Positions 1 to 10,623 are shown, numbered from the stretch's first letter. The stretch is 64,000 nt of DNA from Aulosira sp. ZfuVER01 (GCA_034530615.2 JAVRCV020000028.1:64001-128000), one strand, 5' to 3'. The notes: generated from the letters alone by a model not told the origin. Numbers and translations are program-made.

Positions 1-69
1 AAGATTCAATTGGTGCGTTATTCGGCTTGAACGCAACCAATGAATAATATAGGGGCTTCAGTGCCTCTA

Positions 70-2340
70 TTACTCGTCAATTTGACCAACGCGACGTATA
101 TTGAGAATGTCGCTCATTTTTTTAATTTGGATAAACACTTGTTCTAGCTGTGGGCGATCGCGTATATCTATACCCAAGTCTATTAAAGCTGGTTGTCCAA
201 TTGCAGTTTTTACCTGAGCATAGCGGACATTGATCCCCTGGTCGCTTAACCGAGATAAAATATCTTTTAAAACGCCTACGCGGTCAAGTGCTTCAATTTG
301 GACATTCACTGGGTAAGTATGAGGACGAGAACTATGTTCTGCTGCTGCGTTCCAGCTAACTGGTACTAGGCGTTCATACTCCACGCTTTCGAGATTATGA
401 CACCCTTGGCGATGAATAGAAATTCCCTTACCCCTTGTGACTACACCGATAATTGGTTCGCCTGGAATCGGGGTACAACACCCAGCTAGATGATACACCA
501 AACCTTCTACCCCATGAATTGGCGAATCAGTGGAGCGTGAATGAGTTGCAGGTGCGTCTCGCAAAGCTTTTGCTGTGGCTGACTCTTTTGGCAGATATGG
601 CGGTACAACAACCATAGGTTGTTGGGCTTTGACTACCTCTCGCCAACGGTTCAATACCAGATTGAGGGTGATTTCACCGTAACCCAAACCTGCAAGTAAA
701 TCTTCCACACTGTGGTAGTTACATTTTTCGGATACAGACTGCATTGCGTCTGATTTCAGCAGACTATCAAAACCAGTTTTACCAAGTTCTTTTTCTAATA
801 ATTCCCGACCACGAGCAATATTTTCTTCCCGACGCGATCGCTTGTACCATTGTTTAATCCGATATTTGGCGGCGGATGTTCTGGCAAAGTTCAACCAATC
901 CAAACTAGGGTGGCTGTTCTTTTGCGTCATAATTTCCACAATATCGCCGTTGTGCAACCGCGTTGACAGTGGCACCATGCGTCCATTCACCTTGGCCCCT
1001 GCGCAGTGGTTGCCTACTTCTGTATGAATGTGATAAGCAAAATCAATACTAGTGGAACCGGGACTTAAAGGCACAACATCACCCTTGGGGGTGAAAACAT
1101 AAACATCATCTTCAAATAAATTATCTTTGACGCTATCTAGATACTCTTGCGCATCCTTTAAATCGCTTTGCCATTCCAACAATTGCCGCAACCAAGTAAA
1201 CTTTTCATCGGTTGCTGTTAAATGGCTGTTGTTAGAACTGCCAGTTTCCTTATATATCCAATGGGCGGCAATTCCATACTCAGCGATATGGTGCATTTCC
1301 ATTGTGCGAATTTGCACTTCTAAAGGACGACCAGTTAAGCCAATTACGCCAGTATGCAATGACTGGTAACGGTTCGGTTTTGGTAATCCAATATAATCTT
1401 TAAATCTACCAGGAATTGGGCGAAAGGCATCATGCACCACCGCTAAAGCACGGTAGCATTCCTCATTGGTTTGTACAATAATCCGCAACGCTGCTAAATC
1501 ATAAATTTCATGAAATTCTTTTTGCTGTCGTTGCATCTTCTGGTAAATACTATAGAGGTGCTTCGGACGGCCGCTGATATCCAGGCATTTTATTCCAGCT
1601 TGTTGCAAGCGATCGCGCAAAATTGCCGTAGCCTTTGCTAATTTTTCTTCTCGCGATGTACGTTTTTCCGAAACATACTGTTGAATTTGGCGGAAAGCTT
1701 CTGGCTCTAAATACTTAAACGATAAATCTTCTAGTTCCCATTTAAAATGCCAAATCCCCAAGCGATTAGCTAAGGGAGCAAAAATATCTCGTGTTTCTTG
1801 CGCAATGCGGCGACGTTTTTCATCTGGCATTACTTGTAAAGTTCGCATATTATGTAGACGGTCTGCCAACTTCACCACAATCACTCGAATATCCTGTGCC
1901 ATTGCCAAAAACATCCGCCGGAAGTTTTCTGCTTGACTTTCAGTTTTGCTTTTGAAATTTATTTTAGAAAGTTTGGTGACACCTTCGACTAATTGCCGTA
2001 CTTCTGCTCCAAAAAGCTCTTCTATTTGCTCAATTGTGATATCTGTATCTTCGACTACATCATGGAGAAATCCAGCTGCTATCATAGCAGGACTACCCCC
2101 TAAGTCACGCAGTAATCCAGCTACAGCAACGGGATGACAAATGTATGGTTCGCCAGATTTGCGGTATTGTCCCTGATGCAGGTTATATGCAAATTCAAAT
2201 GCCCGACATATTAGATTTGCATCATTATACCCTCGATCGTTTTCTGCATTGCCATTACTTCCTGATGACTGGATAATGCATTTCTTGAGCCATTCCGGAA
2301 GAGGAACATCAACTGAGGTATTGAGAACTATGGTGCTCAT
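70..2340 (-). CDS. relA: Bifunctional (p)ppGpp synthetase/hydrolase (RelA/SpoT homologue)
   Basis: HD hydrolase (LHDVVEDT), synthetase motifs (RFKDYI, YQSLHT, EVQIRT), TGS domain (VFTPKG...HTEVG) and C-terminal ACT domain. Confidence 0.97.
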   Translation of the reverse strand: MSTIVLNTSVDVPLPEWLKKCIIQSSGSNGNAENDRGYNDANLICRAFEFAYNLHQGQYRKSGEPYICHPVAVAGLLRDLGGSPAMIAAGFLHDVVEDTDITIEQIEELFGAEVRQLVEGVTKLSKINFKSKTESQAENFRRMFLAMAQDIRVIVVKLADRLHNMRTLQVMPDEKRRRIAQETRDIFAPLANRLGIWHFKWELEDLSFKYLEPEAFRQIQQYVSEKRTSREEKLAKATAILRDRLQQAGIKCLDISGRPKHLYSIYQKMQRQQKEFHEIYDLAALRIIVQTNEECYRALAVVHDAFRPIPGRFKDYIGLPKPNRYQSLHTGVIGLTGRPLEVQIRTMEMHHIAEYGIAAHWIYKETGSSNNSHLTATDEKFTWLRQLLEWQSDLKDAQEYLDSVKDNLFEDDVYVFTPKGDVVPLSPGSTSIDFAYHIHTEVGNHCAGAKVNGRMVPLSTRLHNGDIVEIMTQKNSHPSLDWLNFARTSAAKYRIKQWYKRSRREENIARGRELLEKELGKTGFDSLLKSDAMQSVSEKCNYHSVEDLLAGLGYGEITLNLVLNRWREVVKAQQPMVVVPPYLPKESATAKALRDAPATHSRSTDSPIHGVEGLVYHLAGCCTPIPGEPIIGVVTRGKGISIHRQGCHNLESVEYERLVPVSWNAAAEHSSRPHTYPVNVQIEALDRVGVLKDILSRLSDQGINVRYAQVKTAIGQPALIDLGIDIRDRPQLEQVFIQIKKMSDILNIRRVGQIDE

Positions 2341-2636
2341 ACAAAGGGGACTAGAGGTGATCTGTGGATAAGTTCAGAGAAGGACAAAACTAACAGCATC
2401 GCCGATAGAAAATGCTAATGCCCAAAGACCCTTAGATAAAGTCATTTAAGGATGATTCCTTAATTGTCTATGGTAATCATCCAGTGCGAGTTTCAAGCTT
2501 CATCATCCCGAATATATATTGCTGGCAAATGAAGCCTCAAAGCATGATTTGAGGCTTCTAGTTCTAAAAACAGCTTAAGAAAGTTTATTGTAGAAAAAAA
2601 ATTACTTGACTTTAATACTATCTTAACTAGCACTGG

Positions 2637-2996
2637 ATGTCCCTAAATAAAGATAATTATCAGGTATTGGTGAGCTTGCTAGAGCAATTTCGCTCTGATG
2701 CTACAAACACCAAACTCGATGCAACCGAACTCCGACAGCGTTTAGCCTCCTTAAAGCAATTGTTTGCCCAGCAGATTGTTCCTTTGACAGAAGTAGACTC
2801 GCACGAGCAGTCTTATCGGACAGAGATGAGCAAACAGCTACGCCTGTTGGAAATTGACATAATGTTTTTCCAAGGCGCACGGCAGGAATCTACTGCAAAA
2901 GCGAGGCTGGAAACAATTAGCGATCGCTTGACTACGCTCATCCGATATTGTGATGCTATCCTGCAACCAGAAGATAAAGGGGAAAAAAATTATTAG
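2637..2996 (+). CDS. patD: Heterocyst frequency control protein PatD
   Basis: 119-aa helical protein with QSYRTEMSKQLRLLEIDIMFFQGARQ motif, divergent from relA/spoT as recalled for Nostocales patD. Confidence 0.8.
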   Translation: MSLNKDNYQVLVSLLEQFRSDATNTKLDATELRQRLASLKQLFAQQIVPLTEVDSHEQSYRTEMSKQLRLLEIDIMFFQGARQESTAKARLETISDRLTTLIRYCDAILQPEDKGEKNY

Positions 2997-3458
2997 TCTC
3001 CTTTTTCTCTGTTACTTTATCATCCCACCTAAAACTTATTGTTGACAGCTATTTTGGCAACAAGTTCTACAATCAGTTATTTTCCAGACTGAACAGTGAG
3101 GTTGGGATCGCTAAAACTTTGGAAATAGACAATAAATTGTTGATCCCTGCGATATTATTTTCTAATTATCAAAATCTGGAATTCTGATCTGTATAGGTTT
3201 TAAGAAATCTCAAACCCCTACTCAAGGGAAATTATATTTTCCTCTGTACAGAGATATATAAAAACTTTGGTTTTTCCCCGGATTTAGTAGTTGGCAAATG
3301 GGGTATTGGGCAAATCTTGAACCACAGGGGCACAGAGACACAGAGAGAACAGAGGTATTGCTACCTGGGTACTGCATAAACAATTCAGCAACAACCTATA
3401 TAGGTAGTGTGGCTGACAAAGCCACACATATACACTCTGAAAAATTTATTTTACTGAT

Positions 3459-4409
3459 ATGCTTCAACGCACTTTAGCTGTGACTGCCTCTAGTGCAGTT
3501 TTACTGTCATCTTTACTCAGTGCTGCTTTTGCAGTTCCCGTTCACACTGCTAGTAATTTAGATAATATTGGCGTAATTAAGCAGAATGAAATCTTAGCAC
3601 AGAGAATTCCTCTAGGCAGACGCCAAGCGATCGCTAACACACAAGATAGATATGCCGCCATTTGGGTGAAGTCTGGTGGTTCAGCTTGGCAAGCGCGACA
3701 TGGAATGACCTCAGATCAATATCAAGCAACTTTCGATCAACTAGTTGGTCAAGGATATCGATTGGTTGATGTTAATGGTTACGGTGTGAATGGACAAGAC
3801 AGATATGCGGCTATCTGGGTGAAATCCGGCGGGCCAGCTTGGGTAGCGCGACATGGGCTTACCTCCTCTCAGTATCAAAGCACCTTCGACCAATTAGTTG
3901 GGCAAGGATATCGATTAGTTAATGTCAGTGGTTACAGTGTAAATGGACAAGACAGATATGCGGCTATTTGGGATAAATCTAATGGCCCAGCTTGGGTAGC
4001 GCGACATGGTTTGACTTCATCTCAATATCAAAGCACCTTTGACCAACTTGTGGGACAAGGTTATAGATTAGTAGATGTGAGTGGTTACAGTGTTAACGGA
4101 CAAGCTAGATACGCTGCTATTTGGGAAAAATCTGGTGGTTCAGCTTGGGTAGCACGACATGGACTTACCTCATCTCAATATCAAACCACTTTCGACCAAC
4201 TGGTGGGACAGGGGTATAGATTAGTTCATGTCAGCGGTTACAGTGTGAATGGACAAGACAGATATGCAGCTATTTGGGATAAATCTGGTAGTCCAGCTTG
4301 GGTAGCACGACATGGATTGACCTCATCTCAGTATCAAAGCACTTTTGATCAACTAGTGGGACAAGGGTATCGATTGGTTGATGTGAGTGGTTACAGTATC
4401 CAGCCGTAG
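3459..4409 (+). CDS. Secreted tandem-repeat protein (five 51-aa BTRD1 / polyglycine-hydrolase-like structural repeats)
   Basis: Signal-peptide-like N-terminus followed by 5 copies of RYAAIWxKS...WxARHGLT...YQ.TFDQLVGQGYRLV.V.GY (153-nt period). Confidence 0.8.
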   Translation: MLQRTLAVTASSAVLLSSLLSAAFAVPVHTASNLDNIGVIKQNEILAQRIPLGRRQAIANTQDRYAAIWVKSGGSAWQARHGMTSDQYQATFDQLVGQGYRLVDVNGYGVNGQDRYAAIWVKSGGPAWVARHGLTSSQYQSTFDQLVGQGYRLVNVSGYSVNGQDRYAAIWDKSNGPAWVARHGLTSSQYQSTFDQLVGQGYRLVDVSGYSVNGQARYAAIWEKSGGSAWVARHGLTSSQYQTTFDQLVGQGYRLVHVSGYSVNGQDRYAAIWDKSGSPAWVARHGLTSSQYQSTFDQLVGQGYRLVDVSGYSIQP

Positions 4410-4529
4410 TACCGTGTCACAAAAATCCTGACTTAAAAATGCTTTGTGTCTTGGTGTCTCTGTGGTTCAAGATTTTTTTACCGCTATGACACAGAGACAC
4501 AAAGAAAAAAAATTTTTCAAGGTAAGGTA

Positions 4530-5534
4530 ATGACTACAACTTTGCAAGGTACACCCCCAATCATTATTGGACATAGAGGTGCTAGCGGCTACCGACCAGA
4601 ACATACATTGGCTGCTTATGAATTAGCCATTGATTTAGGTGCTGACTATATTGAACCAGATTTAGTTGCCAGCAAAGACGGTGTATTAATTGCTCGTCAC
4701 GAAAATGAAATTTCGGAAACTACTGATGTTGCTAGCCATGCAGAATTTGCTCAACGCCAAACTACCAAAATCATTGATGGAGAAACCAAAACAGGCTGGT
4801 TTACTGAAGACTTTTCCCTGGCTGAATTGAAAACACTACGGGCAAAAGAGCGAATTCCCGAAGTGCGATCGCAAAATACAAATTATGATGGACTATTTGA
4901 AATACCCACACTGCAAGAAATCATCAATTTAGCTAAGGCTAAAAGTATTGCAGTTGGTCGTATCATTGGCATTTACCCAGAAACCAAGCATCCGTCTTAT
5001 TTCCAATCTATTGGATTATCGCTAGAGGAACCTCTACTGGCAAGTTTACAGGCGAACGGTTATCAAGGAGCGAATTCACCTGTTTTCATTCAGTCTTTTG
5101 AAGCCAGTAACCTCAAATATTTAGCAACAAAAACTGATTTACCTTTGGTGCAATTAGTTAATAACACTGGAAAGCCTTATGATTTTATTGTGAATGGTGA
5201 TAGTCGCACCTATGCAGACTTGATAACAGCATCAGGTTTAAGAGAGATTGCTGAATATGCAAAGGCGATTGGGGTTCATAAAAATCTGCTTGTGCCTAGA
5301 GATAGTAATGGTAAATTGCGCTCTCCTACATCTTTAATTACCCATGCTCATGCAGCTGGTTTGCTAGTTCATGCTTGGACTTTCCGCAATGAAGATTTAT
5401 TTTTACCCCTCGATTTTCAAGATAATCCCCAAAAAGAATATGAGCTATTTTTCAGCTTAGGTGTTGATGGCGTCTTTAGTGATTTTCCCAATACTGCTAA
5501 TACCAATTTGAAAAAAGAATGCGACAGATGGTAG
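4530..5534 (+). CDS. glpQ: Glycerophosphodiester phosphodiesterase
   Basis: IIGHRGASGYRPEHTL, IEPDLV, ETKHP and DGVFSDFP motifs; ATG at 4530 preferred over the longer ORF start. Confidence 0.92.
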   Translation: MTTTLQGTPPIIIGHRGASGYRPEHTLAAYELAIDLGADYIEPDLVASKDGVLIARHENEISETTDVASHAEFAQRQTTKIIDGETKTGWFTEDFSLAELKTLRAKERIPEVRSQNTNYDGLFEIPTLQEIINLAKAKSIAVGRIIGIYPETKHPSYFQSIGLSLEEPLLASLQANGYQGANSPVFIQSFEASNLKYLATKTDLPLVQLVNNTGKPYDFIVNGDSRTYADLITASGLREIAEYAKAIGVHKNLLVPRDSNGKLRSPTSLITHAHAAGLLVHAWTFRNEDLFLPLDFQDNPQKEYELFFSLGVDGVFSDFPNTANTNLKKECDRW

Positions 5535-5809
5535 GGGCAAGGCATTGCCCATTGGTGTCAACTTAACGTGAAAGGCTTTGTTGCTCAAGATATTTGATCC
5601 CCCTAAATCCCCCTTTTTAAGGGGGACTTTGATTCTTTTCCCCCCTTTTTTAAGGGGGGTTAGGGGGGATCAAAAGTTTATGGTGCTAAAAGAGATAACT
5701 TCAAAGACTTACGCTGTATACATCTAAGCTTAAGTTGACACAGGTGGGCATTGCCTTGCCCTCTAGAATATATTGATGTGTCGCAAACATTATTTATTTG
5801 AATTGATAT
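5500..5809. mobile_element. Nested miniature elements: outer IR element with a REP-like hairpin, an inserted MITE and an inner GC hairpin element
   Basis: Outer imperfect IRs ATACCAATT/AATTGATAT and TGCGACA/TGTCGCA; MITE 5550-5746 with TIRs CATTGGTGTCAACTTAA / TTAAGTTGACACAGGTG and 9-bp TSD GGCATTGCC; inner palindromic element about 5593-5674. Confidence 0.75.
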
Positions 5810-5883
5810 AAATTGGAAAATGTGAGCGATCGCAAAATATCCAATTAAAAGCAAATCTATTTGGAGTACTTCAATATCTAGCT

Positions 5884-8592
5884 TTATTGCCAGTTACCTA
5901 CTAAAACAAAAGGTGCCCAGTAATAGGGATGTTTAAATTTAGGATTTAACTCGCCTGAAAGTAGAAATAATTGGGCATTACGCAAAGCTTCAGCTTTTTT
6001 TTGCTTGTGAGCCATTTCTTTGTAAAACTGAATCATGAGAGCCGCAGTTGCTTCATCATTCACACTCCAAAGAGTTGCCAATGTACTGCGTGCGCCAGAC
6101 TGTACGGCAATTCCTGCTAATCCTAAGGCGGCGCGGCTATCACCTGCGGCTGTTTCGCAAGCACTCAAGACAAGTAAATCTATTGCAGTTTGTTGATTTG
6201 TCTCGCGGGTTTTTAATACAGAACTAAAATCGTTCACATTTAACCGTTGATTCCAAGTCAAAATGAAGGTATCTTCTGCTTTTGAACTAAACTTACCATG
6301 AGTTGCAAGGTGTAATATCCCGCCTGGAAAAGACTTAACAGCTTCTTCAATTTTTTGCAGAGTAAAATTATTATCAAGAAAATTTCCGGCTGTCGAAAAT
6401 ATACCTTTGATTTGCTCAAGCTCATATTTCACTCCAGGTAATGCCGGAAAGTTATCACGAGCTTCACTGAGTCCTCCAATTACTGCTTGTAATCGTTTGT
6501 TTGTTAAAGGTTGAGGAGGTAATAACTCTAAGCCTGGTGTGTTAGCGATGTTATATTTCTTCTCAATCAAATATTGCTTTTTTTCTCGATCGTAAAGAGC
6601 CGCAATCGGGATACTCTGCAATGTTCCATCTAAGACAAAAACGATATTTTTGACACCACTATTTTGTAAATCTGATTCGATTGGGCGAATCAACCATTCG
6701 TATACTTGCTGGGAAGTTTCTACAAACTCACGAGAACTTCTAAAAAATATTTTTCGATGCAGTTCTTTAATTTTATCTTCAAATGTATTTTTAGGCAGAA
6801 TAACTGTATGCAATTTCAGAGATTTCTCTTTCTGCTGATGCGGTAATGAGAGAATAATAGATAAGCGATCGCTTAAAACCACAGGATAAATTACAGCTGT
6901 TTGTTTCTGTCGATCGATTTCATCAATTTGCACGGGTTTGGCATCTACACAGGCTTTGCGGAAAAAGTTATCGAGTTCTGCTAACTGTAATGATTCAATA
7001 ACTTTTCTCGCTTTATCTAAATTTTTTGAACTAGGTTCCCCAGTTGCTGGTAAAAGCAAACTCACATACTCGCGGTAGACTGGTTCTACTTCATCCCGAA
7101 AAGAAAATTGAGCATCACGATTAACGGTAACTAAGTCACGGCGGATAGATTTTAAATTCTTGACTGCTTGATCGTAAGCTGCGATCGCACCTAGCTCGTT
7201 ACCTTGAGTATTACCGGCAGCGCTGAGAATCCTTCCTAACTGCCATTGCCAACGATAAGCTATATCCCGCGCCTGAATGCCTTCTGCTAATTTTAGCGCT
7301 TGCTGAGTCAAGGTTTGAGCTTCCGTCCATTGCTGAGTTTGTTCGTATAAGCTCCCTAAAGTACCTAAAGCATAAGCTTGTGCGCGTACATCTTCCAAAG
7401 TTTTAGCTTGCTGAAAACCTGTAGCGACAACTTTAGCCGCCGTGCAGAGAGAATCAGCAGATGTGCAGGTGTTTTGGACAATACTTCCCTTTGCTAGCAC
7501 TCCTGTTTTTGAAAGTTTAAGTAGAGTTTGAGCAAAGTTAATTCGAGCATAAACACTACTACGACTTGCTGGTAAACTTTCAAACTTTGCTGATAAATTT
7601 TCGATTTGAGAGAGAATTTCTGGCGATTGTTCTTTTGACTGAGATTGAACTAACAGCCGTAGTTGATTTAATTGTGCTGGTAACTGTGTTGTCGGCTTTT
7701 GGGAAATACTAGCAGCGCGTTCGTAAAATTGAATTGCTTCTTCGGTGTTTTGCTTTTCTTGGACAGTATTTCCCAAACTTAAGAGAATTTCTGCTAGCTT
7801 TTCTTGTTCGCTATTTTGCTGTACTTCGGCTTTGTTACCTAAACTTAACTTTAAATTACAAACTTCCTCAGTTTGCGATATTTTTGCTTGTATCTGACAA
7901 CTTTGATCTAATATCTGCCGAGATTTATCAACATCTCCAACTACACGTAAGCTATTACCAAGACTCAGCAATCCAGTCACTTTCAAGGGAGAGTCTGGTT
8001 GTTTATCTAAAGTCAGCTTAATTTCCTCTAAAATGCTAGTAGCCCGACGGTAAAGCCCTAATGTTTGTAGTGCTTGAGCTTGATTGATTTTGCTACCAAT
8101 TTTACCTGATTCATCACCAATTTTACCATAAGTAGCTGTTGCCTCTTGCCAACTAGTTAAAGCTTTTTCTGTTTCTCCGCGTGCTAGTTGTAACTGTCCT
8201 TGAGTATTCAGGGCTTGGGCACGAATCGATAAATAATCTTTGGTATTACTTTTGCTTTGTAATAACTGCAAACTTTGCTCTGTAGCCTGTTGAGCATCAG
8301 CTAACTGTCCTAACTGTTGATAAGTTAAGGAAAGATAGTTTAATATCAGCGCTTGATTGAGTTTATCTCCTGTAGCTTGAAACGATTCATTCGCCTGTTG
8401 AAAAATCTTTAGCGCTGGAGAATATTGTTCTTTTTGGTATGCTACTAAGCCTCTATCTAATAATTCCTTACCATTTGCAATTTGAGTTTGTGATACCTGT
8501 GGGTTGATGACTGCGACTATAGGAGAAATTGGATTAATTAAATTAACAGAATGATTGAGATATAGGGAAGTTAAAAGTAAGAATAAAGACAT
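5884..8592 (-). CDS. TPR-repeat CHAT-domain (caspase/HetF-like) protein
   Basis: N-terminal TPR-like helical repeats; C-terminal CHAT motifs HLATHG, LVLSACETA, LATLWSV and HPYYWAPF. Confidence 0.93.
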   Translation of the reverse strand: MSLFLLLTSLYLNHSVNLINPISPIVAVINPQVSQTQIANGKELLDRGLVAYQKEQYSPALKIFQQANESFQATGDKLNQALILNYLSLTYQQLGQLADAQQATEQSLQLLQSKSNTKDYLSIRAQALNTQGQLQLARGETEKALTSWQEATATYGKIGDESGKIGSKINQAQALQTLGLYRRATSILEEIKLTLDKQPDSPLKVTGLLSLGNSLRVVGDVDKSRQILDQSCQIQAKISQTEEVCNLKLSLGNKAEVQQNSEQEKLAEILLSLGNTVQEKQNTEEAIQFYERAASISQKPTTQLPAQLNQLRLLVQSQSKEQSPEILSQIENLSAKFESLPASRSSVYARINFAQTLLKLSKTGVLAKGSIVQNTCTSADSLCTAAKVVATGFQQAKTLEDVRAQAYALGTLGSLYEQTQQWTEAQTLTQQALKLAEGIQARDIAYRWQWQLGRILSAAGNTQGNELGAIAAYDQAVKNLKSIRRDLVTVNRDAQFSFRDEVEPVYREYVSLLLPATGEPSSKNLDKARKVIESLQLAELDNFFRKACVDAKPVQIDEIDRQKQTAVIYPVVLSDRLSIILSLPHQQKEKSLKLHTVILPKNTFEDKIKELHRKIFFRSSREFVETSQQVYEWLIRPIESDLQNSGVKNIVFVLDGTLQSIPIAALYDREKKQYLIEKKYNIANTPGLELLPPQPLTNKRLQAVIGGLSEARDNFPALPGVKYELEQIKGIFSTAGNFLDNNFTLQKIEEAVKSFPGGILHLATHGKFSSKAEDTFILTWNQRLNVNDFSSVLKTRETNQQTAIDLLVLSACETAAGDSRAALGLAGIAVQSGARSTLATLWSVNDEATAALMIQFYKEMAHKQKKAEALRNAQLFLLSGELNPKFKHPYYWAPFVLVGNWQ

Positions 8593-8602
8593 AAATATTT
8601 AC

Positions 8603-10435
8603 CTAAAATGGTTGAGTATAAATGATAGAAAAATAGAGTCCGTTTTCTTGCCAAGTATTTTTATTAGGAATATCAATACCCAGTGGAATACCGCAATCAA
8701 AACGGGCTGTTAAATTGTTCTGTTGCCACAGCAATCCGATTCCAGTTGAGGCGATAGTATCGGGATTAATCGTAGTTCTTCCTGGTTGAGAAATATTCCA
8801 AGCTGTACCAAAATCTATAAATGGAGTAACTTGTAATAATCCTTGAATTTCTGGTACACGCAACACTGGATAACGCAATTCCGCAGTTGCCAAAAAGCCG
8901 TTATCTGCTAATATTTGGTCTTGACGATAACCGCGAACTGTTGCTTGTCCTCCTAAACCAATCTGTTCGGAAGCTAATAGCGGTCTATCGGCTAATTGTA
9001 AATCTGCACGTACTAAAAATAACGTTTCTGGTGCTAGCAGTCGCACCCATTGTGCCTGTCCGCGCCAAGCGAAAAATCTACCATCGGGCGCATCTTCGTT
9101 AATTGTGGCATCTAATGCATCTATACCCAAACTTAATTGCGATCGCGCCGCTAGTACTTGCTTACTACTACGCTGAGTCCAGTCTTGAAACAACCGCAAT
9201 ATAGTTACTTTCGTCTTCCCATTTGCATCTGCACCCGTAGAAGGAAAAGGCAATCTTTCTCCTATTTGTGCCTCTAAAAAGCCGACATCACTATCTCGAT
9301 GAGTTGCGCTAATTCCCACTGCAAATTCGGTAGTAGGAGTTTGGACTAATGGTTGGCGAAAAGTAACGCCATACTCTTGGGAAGTACCTTCAATATCTAA
9401 AACATTGAAGGGTTTTTCAATTACATTACTGGATGCATAGCTATAGTTAAATTGCAAAGTACCATTGTGGGGATTGACGGGTAATTTATAGCTGACATCT
9501 ACACTATTACTCCCATCGGTGTTGGCATAACCAATGCTTAATCCATCTCCTAAACCCAATAGATTTGCTTGGTTAAGTTGGATTTGTCGTTCAAAACTAC
9601 CTATGCCTGGTGTACGGTTATTATTTAAGTTAATTTGAGCGCTAAATGTTTTTGCTTCTGCGACTTGCACAGATAATACACTGGCACCAGGATTAACACC
9701 ATTACCTAATTCCGCAGAGATATTTTTAATTAATGGATCTAATTGTAATAGTTGCAAAGCTTGCAGTAATTTTTTTAAATTTAAAGGCTTATCTGTAGCT
9801 AAAGCAAGGCGACTTCTCACATAGTTAGGATTGAGTCTTCTTGTACCGCGAACCTCTATACTTTCTAAACTACCTTCCACAACTTGAATTTTGACTATCC
9901 CACCTTCTGCTTTGAAAGTTTGGTCTGAAGGAATATATGCGCCTGAGTTAACGTAACAAGGTAAATCTGAATTTTTATTTTCAGCTTGGCAACCTTTGGT
10001 GTAAAGTTCAGTAATTTTATCTGCCACCTCTAATAGTTGAGTAAAAGTAATGGGTTTATTGATAAATTCTTTGAGTGCTGCATCTAATTCTTGTTTATTA
10101 AAGACAGTGCTACCCACCACATCAAAACCAGTCACTTGAATTGTTCCTGGTAAATCTCTAGGAACTGTTTCGCCAGTTGGAAATGTGGGAGTAGTGACGG
10201 GTGGAGATGGAAATAACTCTTCGAGATTCGGGAGTTTTGGTAGTGTGGGAGTTGGGGGAGTTGGTTGTTCGATTTGGCGGTCTATGTCTTGTACAGGTGG
10301 GTTAGCTGGAGTTTGTGCTAGTGACTTAGGAGTGAGAAAGTTGAGTAAGAAAAAGGTGAATATGAACCAATTTATAAGATTTGAAGCTTGAAATTTGTGA
10401 GTTTGAAATCTAGATTTTTTTTGCAACGAATACAT
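8603..10435 (-). CDS. TpsB outer-membrane transporter (ShlB/FhaC/HecB family)
   Basis: Signal peptide, POTRA-like segments, VRGY barrel motif, C-terminal Phe. Confidence 0.93.
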   Translation of the reverse strand: MYSLQKKSRFQTHKFQASNLINWFIFTFFLLNFLTPKSLAQTPANPPVQDIDRQIEQPTPPTPTLPKLPNLEELFPSPPVTTPTFPTGETVPRDLPGTIQVTGFDVVGSTVFNKQELDAALKEFINKPITFTQLLEVADKITELYTKGCQAENKNSDLPCYVNSGAYIPSDQTFKAEGGIVKIQVVEGSLESIEVRGTRRLNPNYVRSRLALATDKPLNLKKLLQALQLLQLDPLIKNISAELGNGVNPGASVLSVQVAEAKTFSAQINLNNNRTPGIGSFERQIQLNQANLLGLGDGLSIGYANTDGSNSVDVSYKLPVNPHNGTLQFNYSYASSNVIEKPFNVLDIEGTSQEYGVTFRQPLVQTPTTEFAVGISATHRDSDVGFLEAQIGERLPFPSTGADANGKTKVTILRLFQDWTQRSSKQVLAARSQLSLGIDALDATINEDAPDGRFFAWRGQAQWVRLLAPETLFLVRADLQLADRPLLASEQIGLGGQATVRGYRQDQILADNGFLATAELRYPVLRVPEIQGLLQVTPFIDFGTAWNISQPGRTTINPDTIASTGIGLLWQQNNLTARFDCGIPLGIDIPNKNTWQENGLYFSIIYTQPF

Positions 10436-10623
10436 ATATAAATACAGTTATTTTATTTAGTCGTGAATATAGATTTTAAAAAGGAATATTACGCCAAGAA
10501 CGCAGAGAGAAGTTGCGGTGCGGGGGTTCCCCCCGTTGAGCAAACTTCGGTGGGCGCAGAGTACACAACTAGAGATTCTGGGCAAATAATTCTTGGCGAA
10601 CTTGGCGGTTACTTTTAAAACCC

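Noticed and set aside
2590..2605. NtcA box upstream of patD
   Set aside because: GTA...TAC spacing is 10 nt, not 8
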